From positions 87,606,001 to 87,670,000 of the forward strand of contig OZ024746.1 of the NCBI GenBank assembly GCA_964016885.1: DNA of 64,000 bases. Reading direction: 5' to 3'. Source of the stretch: Eledone cirrhosa (taxonomy: Eukaryota). A program made the translations under genes and the position numbers. The notes beneath the pieces are model-generated. The model made no database searches. It worked only from the letters and a program-made list of their open reading frames with translations, and was not told the origin of the DNA. Shown here in pieces: positions 14,090 through 27,813 of this stretch (the first letter of the stretch is position 1; every line of letters begins with the position of its first letter).

Positions 14090-14970
14090 AAAAACAATGA
14101 AATACAAAATCAAGTCATTAGAGATATTCTTCACTGCTTTACGATCGTTTCTAAGTGATGATAATTGTAGCTATATAAAATTAGAATTTGTGCTCTGAAA
14201 TAGCGATATATATATATATATGAATGTATATATAGTGTATTTTGCAATTCACTGTATGCTTAATTAAAAGCATTTCGAAGTCCTTACGCTATTGTTTTAG
14301 GGTAGTGACAGTCTCACTTACTTTAATTTTCAGCAAACAGCAAACATATACATTTAAATGAGCTGACAGAGTTCTCTTTCGCACGTTTTGGTGCTTATCA
14401 AAACTAACTACTCCGCCTTTTTGCTGAAAATCATGAATGTTTGATTCTTATAGTAATAATCAGGAACTGATTATACAGTGCGGTTGGCGGTCAAGCAGAA
14501 ATTGAAAATTAGAATTGGTTACCTGAAATAGCGATATATATATGAATGTATATATATAGTGTATTTTGAAATATACTATATGCTTAATTAAAAGCATTTC
14601 GAAGACCTTACGCTATTGTTTTAGAGTAGTGACAGTCTCATTTGCTGAAAATCATGAAGGTTTAATTCTTATAGAATTGTAGTAATAATCAAGAACTGAT
14701 TATACAGAGCGGTTGCCGATCAAGCAGAAATTGAAAATGATATCGCTATTTCAGAGAACCAAATCTAATTTTCAATTTTGTCAAATGCTTTTGCTTTTGA
14801 CAACAGCTGCTGATATACATGTAAGTATATATTTTCCTTATCTGATATTTTGTAACTAACCTTACATAGATGGATAACGAAGTATGGTTACGATGTATTA
14901 TCATCACCTAGAAACGACCGTAAAACAGTGAAGTATATTTATAATGACTTGAATTTTGTTTTCATTGTTT
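14090..14970. mobile_element. PLE-derived foldback element with terminal inverted repeats and an internal direct duplication
   Basis: About 14093-14162 is the inverted copy of about 14898-14970; about 14178-14505 is duplicated at about 14506-14740; GAAACGA(U/C)CGUA hammerhead 3' halves at both outer ends. Confidence 0.75.
14792..14928 (+). ncRNA. Decayed hammerhead ribozyme with stem II of about 105 nt
   Basis: Core UUGACAA (two changes from CUGACGA); stem II arms gctgatatacatgtaa and ttacgatgtattatcatc; GAAACGACCGUA. Confidence 0.45.
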
Positions 14971-15112
14971 TAACTTATATCATGACTCTGTTTTCCTTTT
15001 AAAGCTTTATTGTTTTCCGGGATTTATTTTAAACTACAACATTTTCAACATATGGATAACATTGAGTTATTCATGCAGACTAGATCCCACAACTTACCGT
15101 GGATATCTGTGT

Positions 15113-15164
<52 letters not shown>

Positions 15165-15213
15165 ATATGTATATTTATATATGTATGTACATACACATAT
15201 ATATATATATATA

Positions 15214-15288
<75 letters not shown>

Positions 15289-15295
<7 letters not shown>

Positions 15296-15767
15296 GAATA
15301 TATGATAAGGATAAACACTGACACAAGTATACATGTGTTCGTATTGCAAAAGACCAAGTTAGGTAGATTGAAAAATACTAATTAAAATAATACGGTTTGC
15401 CCGTCTCGATTTAAAATATTAAATAAATAAAAACAAACCTATAATGGCAATAGCCTTGATACCGGACACATTTTAAATTTGTTTCGCAACAATTAAGTAA
15501 AAGTTACTATACCTGTGCTCTTCTGCGTTGAAATTGGTAAGTTTCACTTGAAAATACTTAAGAAGACTGAGCGAAATGTGTCACAGCGCCTAGCTCGTCC
15601 CATACTCGTGCCGCTAAAAATAGCAGCTGGTTTTATGGGACTAAAATTAGCTCTACGTATGGAGCCGAGAATATTATAGATAGAGCAATTTAGCTAATTT
15701 AGTCATTTGCAATGCGAACACATGTATACTTGTATCAGTTTTTATCCCTATCATATATTCATTTGTA
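15289..15767. mobile_element. MITE-like element with terminal inverted repeats of about 80 bp
   Basis: atgaatatatgataaggataaacactgacacaagtatacatgtgttcgtattgcaaa is inverted at tttgcaatgcgaacacatgtatacttgtatcagtttttatccctatcatatattcat; TA flanks; no ORF. Confidence 0.8.
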
Positions 15768-15837
15768 TTACACGGCTCGGAAATATTCCTTTCTTTGAGC
15801 TATTTAATTGTAAAAGACTATTTTGAGTTTATAACTC

Positions 15838-15884
<47 letters not shown>

Positions 15885-15886
<2 letters not shown>

Positions 15887-16689
15887 TAAAAAAATAATGA
15901 ATAAAACAATGAAACAGTTCCTTGTATTAAACAAAAAAAGTTCATTATTTAACGATCGTTTCTAGGACATATATGTGTTAGAATTGGCATGCATATTCAA
16001 AAGATCTATGTACAAAATTATACAAACTATGAAAGAGAATATACATACCAACACATATATATGCTGTCTTCAGAAATAATGAAGTATATTTATTGATAAT
16101 AACAGCAATTCAAAATTACAGGTCTGTGAAATATTACAGACCAATGAAATACATAAAAATTCATCAAGAAAATACAGTTAGGTGTGTGTATATATGCAAG
16201 TAACTTCGTTCACAGATATGCATAAAAATGTATGTTCACATGCATACGCATGTCGAAAAAGTGTATGTAAATATAAAAATTCAGGGCTAATGTCTCTGTA
16301 TGTTTATAATCCACAGACAAAATATACATACATATACATACTTATATACTCACATATATACACACATATACATACATTCATACACACACACGCATATATA
16401 CATAAACACACACATACCCACGAACACACACACACATATATATACACACACACACACACACATACGTATATATTATTATTATAACTATATGGATATTGAG
16501 GCGCACACATAAACATGGCCACATACACTTACATCTAGATGCAGAATTAAAAGTAGGTAAGGGAGTAAGTAATTAAGGAGGGTGTCAGACTCAGCATATT
16601 TATAAAAATGTATCTATAAATTTAGAAATAAAAAGAAATATAATAAAAGAAATAAACAAGTAAAACATATACTCATACATATAAATAGA

Positions 16690-16752
<63 letters not shown>

Positions 16753-16827
16753 ACATATATATACATATATATATACACACATACGCACAACACACATATA
16801 TACATATACGTACACACACACATACAT

Positions 16828-16878
<51 letters not shown>

Positions 16879-17023
16879 CACACATATATATACACACATA
16901 TATATACACACACACATACACATACGTATATATACATACACACACATACCCATGTATATATACACACAACCACACACTCACACACACTCAGACATACATA
17001 AATATAGAGACATACATACACAC

Positions 17024-17054
<31 letters not shown>

Positions 17055-17202
17055 CATATATACATATATATACACATATATATATACACACATATATATA
17101 TATATAAAAAATATAAATAAATAAATACACACAGTCAGACAATTATGCACATATATACACATACATACACACATCTCTACAAATACATACACATACATAC
17201 AC

Positions 17203-17282
<80 letters not shown>

Positions 17283-17815
17283 TCATACACACTTATTTAC
17301 ATGGGCACATATGTATTTTTATACTCACATACAAACACACAAACATACATACATACTTACATACACATACATACATCCACACTTACAAATACGAATAATT
17401 ATAGGGGGGAGGGGGATTAAAATTATTAGTGGGAAATAGTAAATATAGGTTTCAAGGAACATAGAATATTAATCTGCATTTAAATCATAATATGTGTTTA
17501 CATAGTAGTGTCAGTAATTAGGAAATGCTATTTGTAAGAAAGAAGGCTAAATTATGCATTTTAATATAAGTAGACTATTAATTATAGGTTAATTAAAGTA
17601 AAAATAGTTAATATATTAATTTCTAAGGTGTATACTACTTAGGTTTATAATATTTAAAGCGGAATTTTGAAGTTAAACAGTAGTAGAGTATTAATTATAG
17701 CATAACTAAATTAAAAATATTAACATGATGGTATCAATTTTAGGAAATGAATTTTGTAATAGGGAAAGCCAAATCAAGTATTTCATCGGTAGTAGAATAT
17801 TAATTATAGGTTAAC
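15885..17815 (-). mobile_element. 3' UTR/pLTR copy of the Penelope-like family at 62590-64000
   Basis: 15900-16150 matches 62600-62980; 17560-17660 matches 63540-63640 (taattataggttaa..taaggtgtata..ttaggtttataatattt). Confidence 0.7.
15943..16081 (-). ncRNA. Type I hammerhead ribozyme with stem II of about 105 nt
   Basis: Stem I CAUUAUUU/AAAUAAUG (8 bp perfect); CUGAAGA; long stem II (cauauauauguguugg..uauguauauuc / gaauaugcaug..aacacauauaug); GAAA; palindromic stem III ACGAUCGU; GUU triplet. Confidence 0.8.
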
Positions 17816-17821
17816 TATATA

Positions 17822-17856
<35 letters not shown>

Positions 17857-18469
17857 GGTTTTCTCTTTAAACAATCGTCTCTCTCTCTCTCTCTCTCTCT
17901 CTCCCTCTCCCTCTCTCTCTCTTTCTCTCACTGTATGCGTGTGTGCGTTTGAGTGTGTGTTTGTGTATAGATTTCAGCATTATTTCCCTGAAATATCTAC
18001 CATAATTAAGCGTGAAAGTAAGATCAATTAAATTACAGTTTATGATTTTATGTGAAATGAATTCATTATACACTATTCCCGATATATATATATGTGCGTA
18101 TGCAGAATAAGTACATATCAAAGCAGGAAATATGCTTCTTGAAATTGACTTCATCTAAAAATAACGCAATGAAATTCGATGAAATTTACACTCACCTGCT
18201 TACTTAACATGTTAGGAATTATTTGAAGTAGATTTGTGTGTGCTTGATGCCTACTGCAATGTTTTAATAAAAAATTAGAGAATTGTTACTTGCTTCAGAT
18301 ATTTATCAAAATACAGCAAGAATATATTTCTATTCAAATTCTAACAATGAGATTCACAAATATGGCTTTAGAGAAATTTAAATTAATATATTGTTATATA
18401 TATCGATGTAAAAAACAACACAATAAATTCACATTAAAAGATAAATAAAGATAACATCATATTAATTTA

Positions 18470-18543
18470 TAATTGTTTCTACTTTAGGCACAAGGCGAGC
18501 AAATAACCAGTGCATTACTGGTACTTTATTTTATCGACCCCGT
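18470..18543 (-). mobile_element. SINE family A, 3' fragment
   Basis: Matches the family tail and body. Confidence 0.85.
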
Positions 18544-18825
18544 TAGATGTACTTATATAATGAAAGATGTACTTATATAATGAAAGGACTCGAAATGTGC
18601 ATACAGACCTGTGCTTCAAACCACTGAAATAACAAAAATTGAATACAAATGTAGTACCACAATTTTCAGGATATGATCCTTACGTGGTTGATAAAATTAA
18701 ATTCCAGTAATTTATTAGGGTCGATTTAGTCGTTTCTCCCTTTTCCCGATATAGATGGACTTGTGCTTAAATAAGAAACGATTAATTTCAAAATAGAGTT
18801 GAGAAAATGCAAGCAGCTATAAATA

Positions 18826-18981
18826 TGTTTCTACTTTTGGCACAAGGCCAGGAATTACTCCAGTGCATTACTGGTGCTTTTTTTTATCAACCCTGTAAGG
18901 ATGAAAGAGAAAGTTAACCTCGCGTATTGGAACTCAGAATGTGAAATGCCATAACGCTGACGCTGTAACGATACTGCCAGC
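18826..18981 (-). mobile_element. SINE family A, degenerate copy
   Basis: tgtttctacttttggcacaaggcc..ggatgaaagagaaagttaacctcg..gaactcag..gatactgcca. Confidence 0.85.
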
Positions 18982-19859
18982 TATACTAATAATTGGTAAC
19001 AATTGATAATAGAATAATATATTGGAGTAATGCATTCCTGGAGACGGAAAAAAATGGATAGAGAAACCTGCGCGTAATCAGAGTGTGCATATCTCGTGTA
19101 TATTTTGAAATAGTACATTTCCCATGTACTAATTATGATTAATGGGTGTGTATATTTCAATTAATTTTCAACATATTTGTCTCCTACGTTGAAAATATCG
19201 ATAAAATTTGCGTAGTTCCTTTGAACTATTTGTCTAGAAGAAAATTCGTAATGATTTTCCATATAAGCTGTTACAAGAAACAACTCTCACCAGTATAAAA
19301 TATGTTTAATGTGGCTAGTAATTCTTAATTATGTTAATTGGAAAGAAATCATGGTAGATTCTTCATGGAGAAACTATTTTGCTGTATTCAGAACAATATT
19401 CATAAATATTATGCAACCTGTATTTGATTATGCAATTTCATGCATATATTGAACAAAGTGAAGAAATTTGAATTACGAGATTTCAAATTTAAATTTACAA
19501 ATTGCGGTTTTACATATTGAACAACATTCTAAGTGCCTTCTGGATGATCCAGAATCTGCGTGTTACTTTAAATACCAAGATTCTATAATGTATGTATATA
19601 TTAATCGACAACCTATAAATCTAGTTTAATTTTTTAAATTCAATTTTAAACAATAACATTATATATATATATATATGTGTGTGTATGTGTGTGTGCGTAG
19701 AGAGAGAGAGAGAGAGAAAGAGAGTAATAGAGAGTCAGAGAGAGAACGAGAGTGTAAGAGAGAGCCAGAGAGAGAGAGAGAAAGACATAAAGAGAGATTG
19801 AGATAGATATATGTGTGTGTGTGTGTGTAGGCAAGTTCGTGATTGTGTTTATGCGAATA

Positions 19860-19933
<74 letters not shown>

Positions 19934-20446
19934 ATTATACAAACATCCATACATATATATTGGAACGTCAATATCAAGTTTGGAGATATTTTATTTTTAT
20001 CTACGAATTTCCACAAATTTCATACTTCATGACCCAATACTTACATAGATATATACGTACATACATGCAAAAATACTTACATATATGCATGCATACATAT
20101 CTGCATGCATGCATACATACATACATGCACACATACATACATACATACATACATACATACATACATACATACATACACAGAGGCTGAGACTGGATAAATG
20201 ATATCCATGTTTATTTGTTATCGGGCACATGTATGATTATCTAAATGAACTGACAGTAAATGCGATCCTCATACCAAGCTGTCAATTAAGTCCTGATAAT
20301 AGTAGTTTTATTCTGACAATATCCATACATATCGAATATTATATTGTTGTTCTTGTATTTATCATCGTGTATTAAAGAAGATAATGTTTGATTAACAACA
20401 CATACACACAAACACAAACACTCACACACATACCTATATACATACA

Positions 20447-20486
<40 letters not shown>

Positions 20487-20689
20487 CATATATAAAGGAA
20501 GGAAAAGGTATGATGCCGACGGCAGAGCTCAAGCCGTCACGACGGCTATTTCTGGACTCTACTACCCTGAGTATTGAGTACATCTTGTTCCGTACCACAA
20601 TTCCTTCGTTATTTAGCTGCTATCTGGGTAGTAGAGCACTTTCCGACCCTACCTCGCCACATCCCGACATTTCCACCCAGCTCAAGTTT

Positions 20690-20872
20690 ATTCACCCACA
20701 CCTACATGGACACACTGGAGGAAGAAGACCAAGGTTAACTTATGTTGATGCCCTAAGGACAGACACTGTTCTGTTGGAGACGCAGGACATGGCAGCGATA
20801 ATGAGGGATAGAGACCGCTGGAGAGAACTCGTCCAGGGATCTCGCGAATTTTACCAGCCCTGGAAAAAAAAA
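20690..20872 (+). mobile_element. RTE-clade LINE 3' end
   Basis: [34 protein letters not shown] is a typical RTE ORF terminus; followed by an A-tract and (TA)n. Confidence 0.75.
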
Positions 20873-20928
20873 TATATATATATATATATGTGTGTGTGTA
20901 GGTGTGTGAGTGTGTGTGCGTGTGTGTG

Positions 20929-21023
<95 letters not shown>

Positions 21024-21529
21024 GAAGTAAGTCAAACATGTAAAATTTGGCTTCGTTTATTATAAAATATAAATTCCCTCTCGGTCTTCGCTTGACCCAG
21101 GACTGCAACTCCGTCAAGGAGACGAGCTGGAGAAAGACACGCCTAGCAAACGGCGACCACACCTGATCACCGTCGAGAAAGAGGTGGAGATGTCGTAGCC
21201 TGAGCGCGTGTCTGCGCATCATCAGTCACGGCATGACCAGCCCTCCACGTAGCGGTGGTTGAGAGCAGATGGACCGCCTGACAATCGGAGCGCGTCCCTT
21301 CCACAAAAAGCTAAAGAGCAAACGCTCCAGCGCAGTCAGGCGGGGCTTAGGACAAGATACGACGGTCAGGCAGTAGTAGATGACTGACGCGATGTACGCG
21401 TTAGCCACCTCCGCTCGACCTTTCAGGGATAGCTTCCTCTCTGCAGATTTCTGGGTGAGAAAAAGCCACCCTGCTCGTCACCTCGTCCCAGATTTTGTCC
21501 GTTTGGAGGTCCGGAATCGAACCAGACCC

Positions 21530-22382
21530 CTAGCAATTTAACCGGTCTGTCCGTCCAGCGCCGACGACGCTGTAGGACGGCATGGACCTCCATCTCCAGG
21601 TGCCGAGCTGCAGGCCCACTGACTTTTCCTGGTTGATCATTGTACCTGTCACCGCTTCGTATTCTTTTAGTGTAGTGCCGATCACCTCGATGTGTTTGGC
21701 GTTTGACACCACTACGGTGACATCGTCCGCATATGCTGACACGGATCTTCCGCATCCTAGTTCGCGTGGAACTCCCCTCAACGTCACCAGTTTGTGCAGT
21801 AATGGCTCGAGAGTCAATACGTACAAGAGGGACGAGAGGGGACATCCTTGGCGGACCGAGAGCATGATGTTGAACGGTTCCGAAAGGTGGCTATCACTCT
21901 CACGACAGAGCAGATGTCGCTGTGCATGGCAGCGATCCAGCCTCTGAAGACGGGCCCAAATCCAGCCGCCTTCAGGACTGCCGCTAGTTAATGATGGTGG
22001 ACCCTATCGACTGATCTAAATTGGTCGACCCTTTCGACTGATCTAAATTGATCAAGGACCCACCCGTGCCAGGTTTCCTAGCTACCCTCTCTACGACGTA
22101 TCGCCTGAGGTGGAGGTTGTCGTGGATGGATCTGTCGGGAATGGCGCATGTCTGCGCCTCCCCCACCAGACCAACAACGACAAACGCCAACCTCTTTGCT
22201 AGCACCTTGGCCAAAATCTTGAACTCTGTGTTTAGCGGAGTTATGGGCCTGAAATTATCTATGTTATCCCCCTTGTTCGGATCATTTCTCCGTAGCTCCA
22301 CCGCTCCTCGGCTCACAGAGCTGGGAATTCTCCCGTTCTGTTGCCAGTTGCAATAGACGTCCGCCAAGAGGGTTCCGAACAA
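21530..22382 (-). pseudogene. Reverse transcriptase domain of the Tx1-like ORF2 (disrupted)
   Basis: Track ORFs 21984-22382 and 21530-21865; a tandem duplication of about 27 bp at about 22000-22053 disrupts the DQSKAFDRV motif. Confidence 0.88.
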
Positions 22383-22689
22383 GTCTGTACGTAAAGTTCA
22401 TAGGGCAGACCATCCAATCATTGCCTCCCTATTTCAGCGGCGGTTATCGGCTTTTCGCAACACTCCGCCTCAGTGGCCGAGAGCCGCGGCACACCGTCGA
22501 GGTAGACACTAAAATCCATCCCTCGAGCCGGCCAGCCGCTGCCTCCGAACAGCTGAGCGAAGTGTCGCTTGCAGTCTCCTCCCATATCCGCTAATCCCAC
22601 ACAGTCTATGATCCCGGACCTATCCTTCCTGCTTGCCGCCTGTCCTGTTGATGGTAGCAGTGGAGCCGGTTTTGGAAGGAGGGGGGGGG

Positions 22690-23483
22690 TTACTCCTTTC
22701 TCAGGGTCTTCTCATTGCAGTAGGCCCTGAGGTGAGCCTTCGACCCACAGCGAAAGCATTTCGGGTGTTTGCCCTCAACACTTATGGGCAGTTGAGTGCC
22801 GTTATCGAAGTCTATCACATCCGGGATAGCTTCGATGCACTCCAGGTTGGTTTTAATTAACATCTCAATGGAGGTGCATACCCAATCTTCTCGCACTTTT
22901 TTCTGTACTTGAAGTACAATTGTTTTGTCCTCGATTCCGACGAGGACAGACGCGGCCAGCCAAGAAGAAGCCATCCTTGGGGGGACTGGGTCAGTTTGAC
23001 CCTCACAATTTTTTGCCCGCAGTAGGAGGGCACCAACACCATTTCCTCGGTCCTTAGGGTCACTAAGGATTGAGCCTTTGCCTCCTGGGATGTGGCAAAA
23101 AGCATATTTCTTGCCTCGGATGATATGCGTTTTCCGCTGCCACACAGACCCTAAGGCTTTTTGTATTTGAGCCTCTGTGGCTCTTTCAATCCTACGTGAT
23201 TTTGGGCTTACTGTACGGTACGTGACCGTACAGTGCTGTTGCGTTTCGAAAAATCTTTCGGAAGCCTTTCAGATTGCTCGGTGTCCGATTTTTGTTACCA
23301 TCTTCTTTGCTTCGTGTAAGTCCTCATTTGTTATGAGGATGGTTTCCAGGTTCTTTGCGATACCTGCAAACGAGATTGGTTTTTCTTTCTTGTTGTTGTT
23401 GTTGTTGTCGTCAGAGCTGCTGTTTCTTTTGTTGTTGCTGCTGGTACTACGACCACCGCCGCCGCTGTTGCTGTCGTTTTTGT

Positions 23484-23515
<32 letters not shown>

Positions 23516-23954
23516 TTGTGTCGCTGCTGCTGCTGTTGTTGTTTATGCTACTGCTGTGGTTGTTGCGGCTGCTACTAGTGTTTTCTTTGTCACTGTTGCT
23601 GCTGATTCTGTTATTACGGCTGCTGCTGCTATTATTCATGACGTCAGACGAATGAAATGGCTTTCCGTATTTACCGCACACATTTTTCGTCGTTGTCGTC
23701 GTCGTAGAGAAATGTTCCACGGTATGAACGTTCTCTTGGTGAAAGCTACCAGAAACTATATTTTTCTTTTTCTTTAATGGCGTCGCTTGCGAAAGAGGCG
23801 ACACCATATTTAGAGAAGGGAGGGAGAGAGACAATCTTCTCTCTGATGTAGTGACGATTGAGGAAGAAGAAGACGGAATAAGTGGGAGTGACTTGTGAAA
23901 ATTCTTTTTTGTAGCCATGTTTTTGTTACGGTTTAAAATGAATATTGGGCACAA
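22690..23954 (-). pseudogene. Tx1-like ORF1 (gag-like, CCHC knuckle, low-complexity N terminus), frameshifted
   Basis: Track ORFs 23331-23954, 22857-23105 and 22690-23145; CX2CX4HX4C motif. Confidence 0.7.
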
Positions 23955-24134
23955 AACTCCAATAAGCGGTTATTTAATCCCGAAGGGACAAATAACGGGC
24001 AGAAAGACACCTCTCACGAGGAGGAGGGTGTTTTTATCTACAATTTGGTTCAAGTTTTAAACAATTGACAACTGTTATAGCGGTTAAAAATTACTATACA
24101 TTACAGAGCCGAGCCTCCGTCAACCATGGAATTC

Positions 24135-24180
<46 letters not shown>

Positions 24181-24787
24181 GGGAAGATACGCAAATGGTG
24201 GATAGAGTGTTATGGAATCGCTCCCGTAAGTTTTTGATTTTTTACATATTTAAAACAAGTGCGATACAATAATTCTTATTACAAGTGGAGCACGTCTCTC
24301 AGGCTTAACTCTCAGGAAGTGGCAACGCATCACATTATGGTATAGGGCTCCAATATTTAATATTTAATTTTGTACCAGAAATGTTATAGTCAAAAAAGAA
24401 AATGGCTAGAAAACAACAGCCAAATAACTTCACCACCAACACCACCACCGCCGCCGCCACCATCACCATCACCACTACCAGAAAAAAATCTAACCAAAGA
24501 TAAACCAGCACGATACTTATAGTACTGCTATCCCATCACCACCGCAACCACTGCATCATCGCTACCTCCACTATCCCTTAACCACTTAAGAGAGGGATGG
24601 TGGTAGTACCGCTACGCATGAAATGAAGCGAAGAGGTATCAAAAGATATAAATAGACTGGGTTAGTGACTCGGTCAAACAGCTAACAACAATAACAACAC
24701 CAACATAATTATGTTGTATCTCTAAACTCTCTCAAAATGTTTTGTTTAAACGATGTCAAATCTAAACTATAATATAATGATAAAAAT

Positions 24788-24966
24788 AATTGCTCTGCTT
24801 TTGGCACGGGGCCAGCAATTGCCCCAGTGTGTTGCTTGTGCTTTGTGTTATCGACCCCGTAGGGATGAGGACGGGGTTAACCTCGGCGGGATTTGAACTT
24901 GGACCGTAGGGGGACGTAGCTCTGTGCTTCAGGGCATGGTGTCCGACTCTCTACCGATACTGCCAA
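24788..24966 (-). mobile_element. SINE family A copy
   Basis: Family match including the B-box. Confidence 0.88.
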
Positions 24967-25104
24967 ATGATAAACAACAAGTCGAAAAATTATAGAACAG
25001 AACACAGACAGAAGCAAACGCAACAACAAACACAAATTTCGACAGTTTTGAACAAAACAACCCCTACTTCCCTTAGCAGCAGCAGCAACAACAACACTAG
25101 TAAC

Positions 25105-26180
25105 ATGTTCCACAAGAGGAGTGATGTCGATAGACTGTACTTAAAGAGATCTGAAGGTGGAAGAGGTCTTATCAGCATAGAGGACTGTGTTCAGATGGAG
25201 AAAGACAACCTGCACAAACACGTGACAGACAGTATGGAGCCAATGTTTAGAATTGTACTGAAGGAGAGAACAATAGACCAGGGGATGTCCAAGGAGGAAA
25301 CAACAAGGAGAAAGAGCAGCCTTCATGAAAAATCCCTTCATAGTACCTTCTTTGAGAAAACTGAATTCAGAGATCCACAGACATGGAACTGGTTGAAAAG
25401 AGGAGACCTTAAAAAGACTACAGAAGGAATGCTAATGGTTGCTCAAGAGCAGGCCCTCAAAACGAAGTGCTTGAAACACCATATTTACAAGGAGGAAGCT
25501 AGCTCACTGTGCAGGATCTGTGGAGAGAGATAGGAGACTGTGGCTCACATTGTATCCGAGTGTAAACACCTAGCCCAGAATCAATATAAAGGCTGGATAC
25601 ATGATATGATGGGCAGGGTGATCCACTGGCACCTATGCAAAGTAAACAATGTATCACATTCTGAGAAGTGGTATGAGCATAAGCCAGAGTCGGTGATAGA
25701 AAACGATCAGGTGAAGGTGCTGTGGGATTTTAGGATACAGACGGACAAGAAACTGGAACACAATAGACCTGACCTGGTGGTTTTGGACAAGGAAAAAAGA
25801 TCGTGCCTGATTGTGGATGTGGCCTGCCCATTCGACACGAGAGTGAAAGAGAAGGGTAGGGAGAAGATTAACCGATACCAGGACTTAACGTGGGAGGTAA
25901 AAAGGATTTAGAACTGCCATGAAGTCAAAGTGGTCCCGATTGTCATAGGCGCATAGGTAGTATCTCAAAAAGTTTCCAGGGATGGTTAAAGAAAATTGGC
26001 CCCGCCACGCTTTTTGTGACGCTTCAAAAGGCATGCTTGCTGGGAACAGCAAGAACCCTCCGATACATGCTGAATATCTGAGGCTGCAGGTAGTGGCTTG
26101 ATATTCATTTCAACAAACTTCCCAGTTAACTAACATCAATGACTGAGACTCAAAGAACAATAATAATAGTAATAATAATA
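25105..26180 (+). mobile_element. R4/Dong-type non-LTR retrotransposon, 5'-truncated, relatively well preserved
   Basis: FHKRSDVDRLYLKRSEGGRGL, AQEQAL, CRICGER*ETVAHIVSEC, WDFRIQTD..HNRPDLVVLDK..IVDVACPFD..EKINRY (RLE); (TAA)n tail at about 26158-26180. Confidence 0.92.
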
Positions 26181-26294
26181 AGTTAAAAGACTAAAATCCA
26201 AAGAGAGCTCGATAAGGATAAATATATATCAAATTAATATATATATATATATATATATATATGATACATGTAATCTCCCTTTTACGAATATTAA

Positions 26295-26483
26295 TAATTG
26301 TTTCTAATGTTGGCACATTGCCAGCAATTAACCAGTGTATTACTGGTACTTTATTTTATCGACACCGTAAGGATGGAACGCAAAATTAATCTCAGCGGGA
26401 TTTGAACTCAGATCGTAAAGGGACGTAACTATATGCTTCGAAACATGGTCTCCGATTCTCTACCGATACTGCCAATCCACCGT
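26295..26483 (-). mobile_element. SINE family A copy
   Basis: Family match. Confidence 0.9.
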
Positions 26484-27029
26484 AATGACATTCGATTCGT
26501 TTGCAATTACGCAAATCAGGCCGATCAGTCACTGTGTATTGTTTAAAATAGCATATATTTTCACTAGCTCTGACATTTTGGCAGGTGAACAGTGAGCTGT
26601 ACTGAGGAAAGGTGATACACAAAAAACATTAGTGTATGCAGTTCTGTTCACATGCCAATACAAGAGCAATAAAGAAGGGTTCATTCTACTGACAAGGTCT
26701 GTTTGCATAATTGAAACGAATCGAATGTTATTATTAGTATTCGAAAAACTCAGATTACATTTATTGTATTCAGAGAAGTTATACTGTACCACGTTAAAAG
26801 CTAAATGATTCTATAATATGGTCGTATAAACACTGACCCTGAAAAAGACAGGATATGTAATGTCCAAAGCATGGGTGCTGCTAGTCACCAACGAGAACGA
26901 GAAAAACCTGACAAAGTAAACAAATACTATGACCATCGTATTGAATAAGGCCGTGTGGTGTTTTAAACCTCCGTCATTTCCATTAGCATTTGTTTCATTT
27001 GAATCGATCAACAGAAGTGTTTGCTGGTG

Positions 27030-27202
27030 AAATAGAGGATCGGACACCATGCTTTACAGCATAGAGTTACGCCTCTTTATGGTATGGGTTCAAATCCAAC
27101 CGAGGTTAACTTTGCCTTTCAAACTTACGGGGTCGCTAATATAAATTACCAGTAATGCACTGGGATAATTGCTGGCCTTGTGCCAAAAGTAGAAACAATT
27201 AT
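27030..27202 (+). mobile_element. SINE family A copy
   Basis: Family match. Confidence 0.88.
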
Positions 27203-27437
27203 CATTGAAATTCTAGAGATATGCTTTTATCGTATTTCCCATGGACTTACAACTTAAGATGTGTGACAAGGTGGAAGTTTGAAATTACGGAAATAACTTA
27301 TTAGAATGATTGAAATAAAACAAAATTGTTATCGAATCTGCAACCATACTGCCTTATGCAGAACAACTTACCACCTCTGACACGCGTCTTCACATAATGA
27401 AAATGATCATGATTATCATTAATGTCATTAGTAGTCT

Positions 27438-27611
27438 CGGTAGAGCGTCAGACACCATGCTTTGTAATATAGAGTTATGGCCCTTTACATTTTGAGTTTA
27501 AATCCCACCGAGGTTAGCTTTGCCTTTCTTCCTTACGGGTTCGATAAAATAAAGTACCAGTAATGCACGGGTTTAGTTGCTGGCCTTGTGCCGAAAGTAG
27601 AAACAATTATT
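27438..27611 (+). mobile_element. SINE family A copy
   Basis: Family match. Confidence 0.88.
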
Positions 27612-27813
27612 AAAGTCATTCTCGGCGTAATCAGCTTCCTTATAATTATCGTTTACATTTATATCAATGTCATCATGTATCTTAACATGAAATCTATCAT
27701 CATCAGCGCAAGTCTCAACATTGACATCATTAATACTACCATCTACGTAGAACCTCTAATTTATAACTCCCCACCTAACATGGTCATCTTCATCATTACA
27801 ATAACCAAGTTAA

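Larger units (their letters stand above)
21075..24134 (-). mobile_element. Tx1/L1-clade non-LTR retrotransposon: ORF1 plus RT, endonuclease missing, 3' truncated
   Basis: ORF1 zinc knuckle CFRCGSKAHLRAYC; RT motifs NFRPITPLNTEFKILAKVLAKRL, SVRQGCPLS, SAYADDV, FSFLWKG; frameshifts. Confidence 0.9.

Noticed and set aside
18188-18200. Strong minus-strand splice donor (cag|gtgagt)
   Set aside because: An isolated motif expected by chance in 64 kb, with no supported exon.
23177-23777. Cys- and Leu-rich plus-strand ORFs
   Set aside because: Antisense reading of the trinucleotide-rich Tx1 ORF1.
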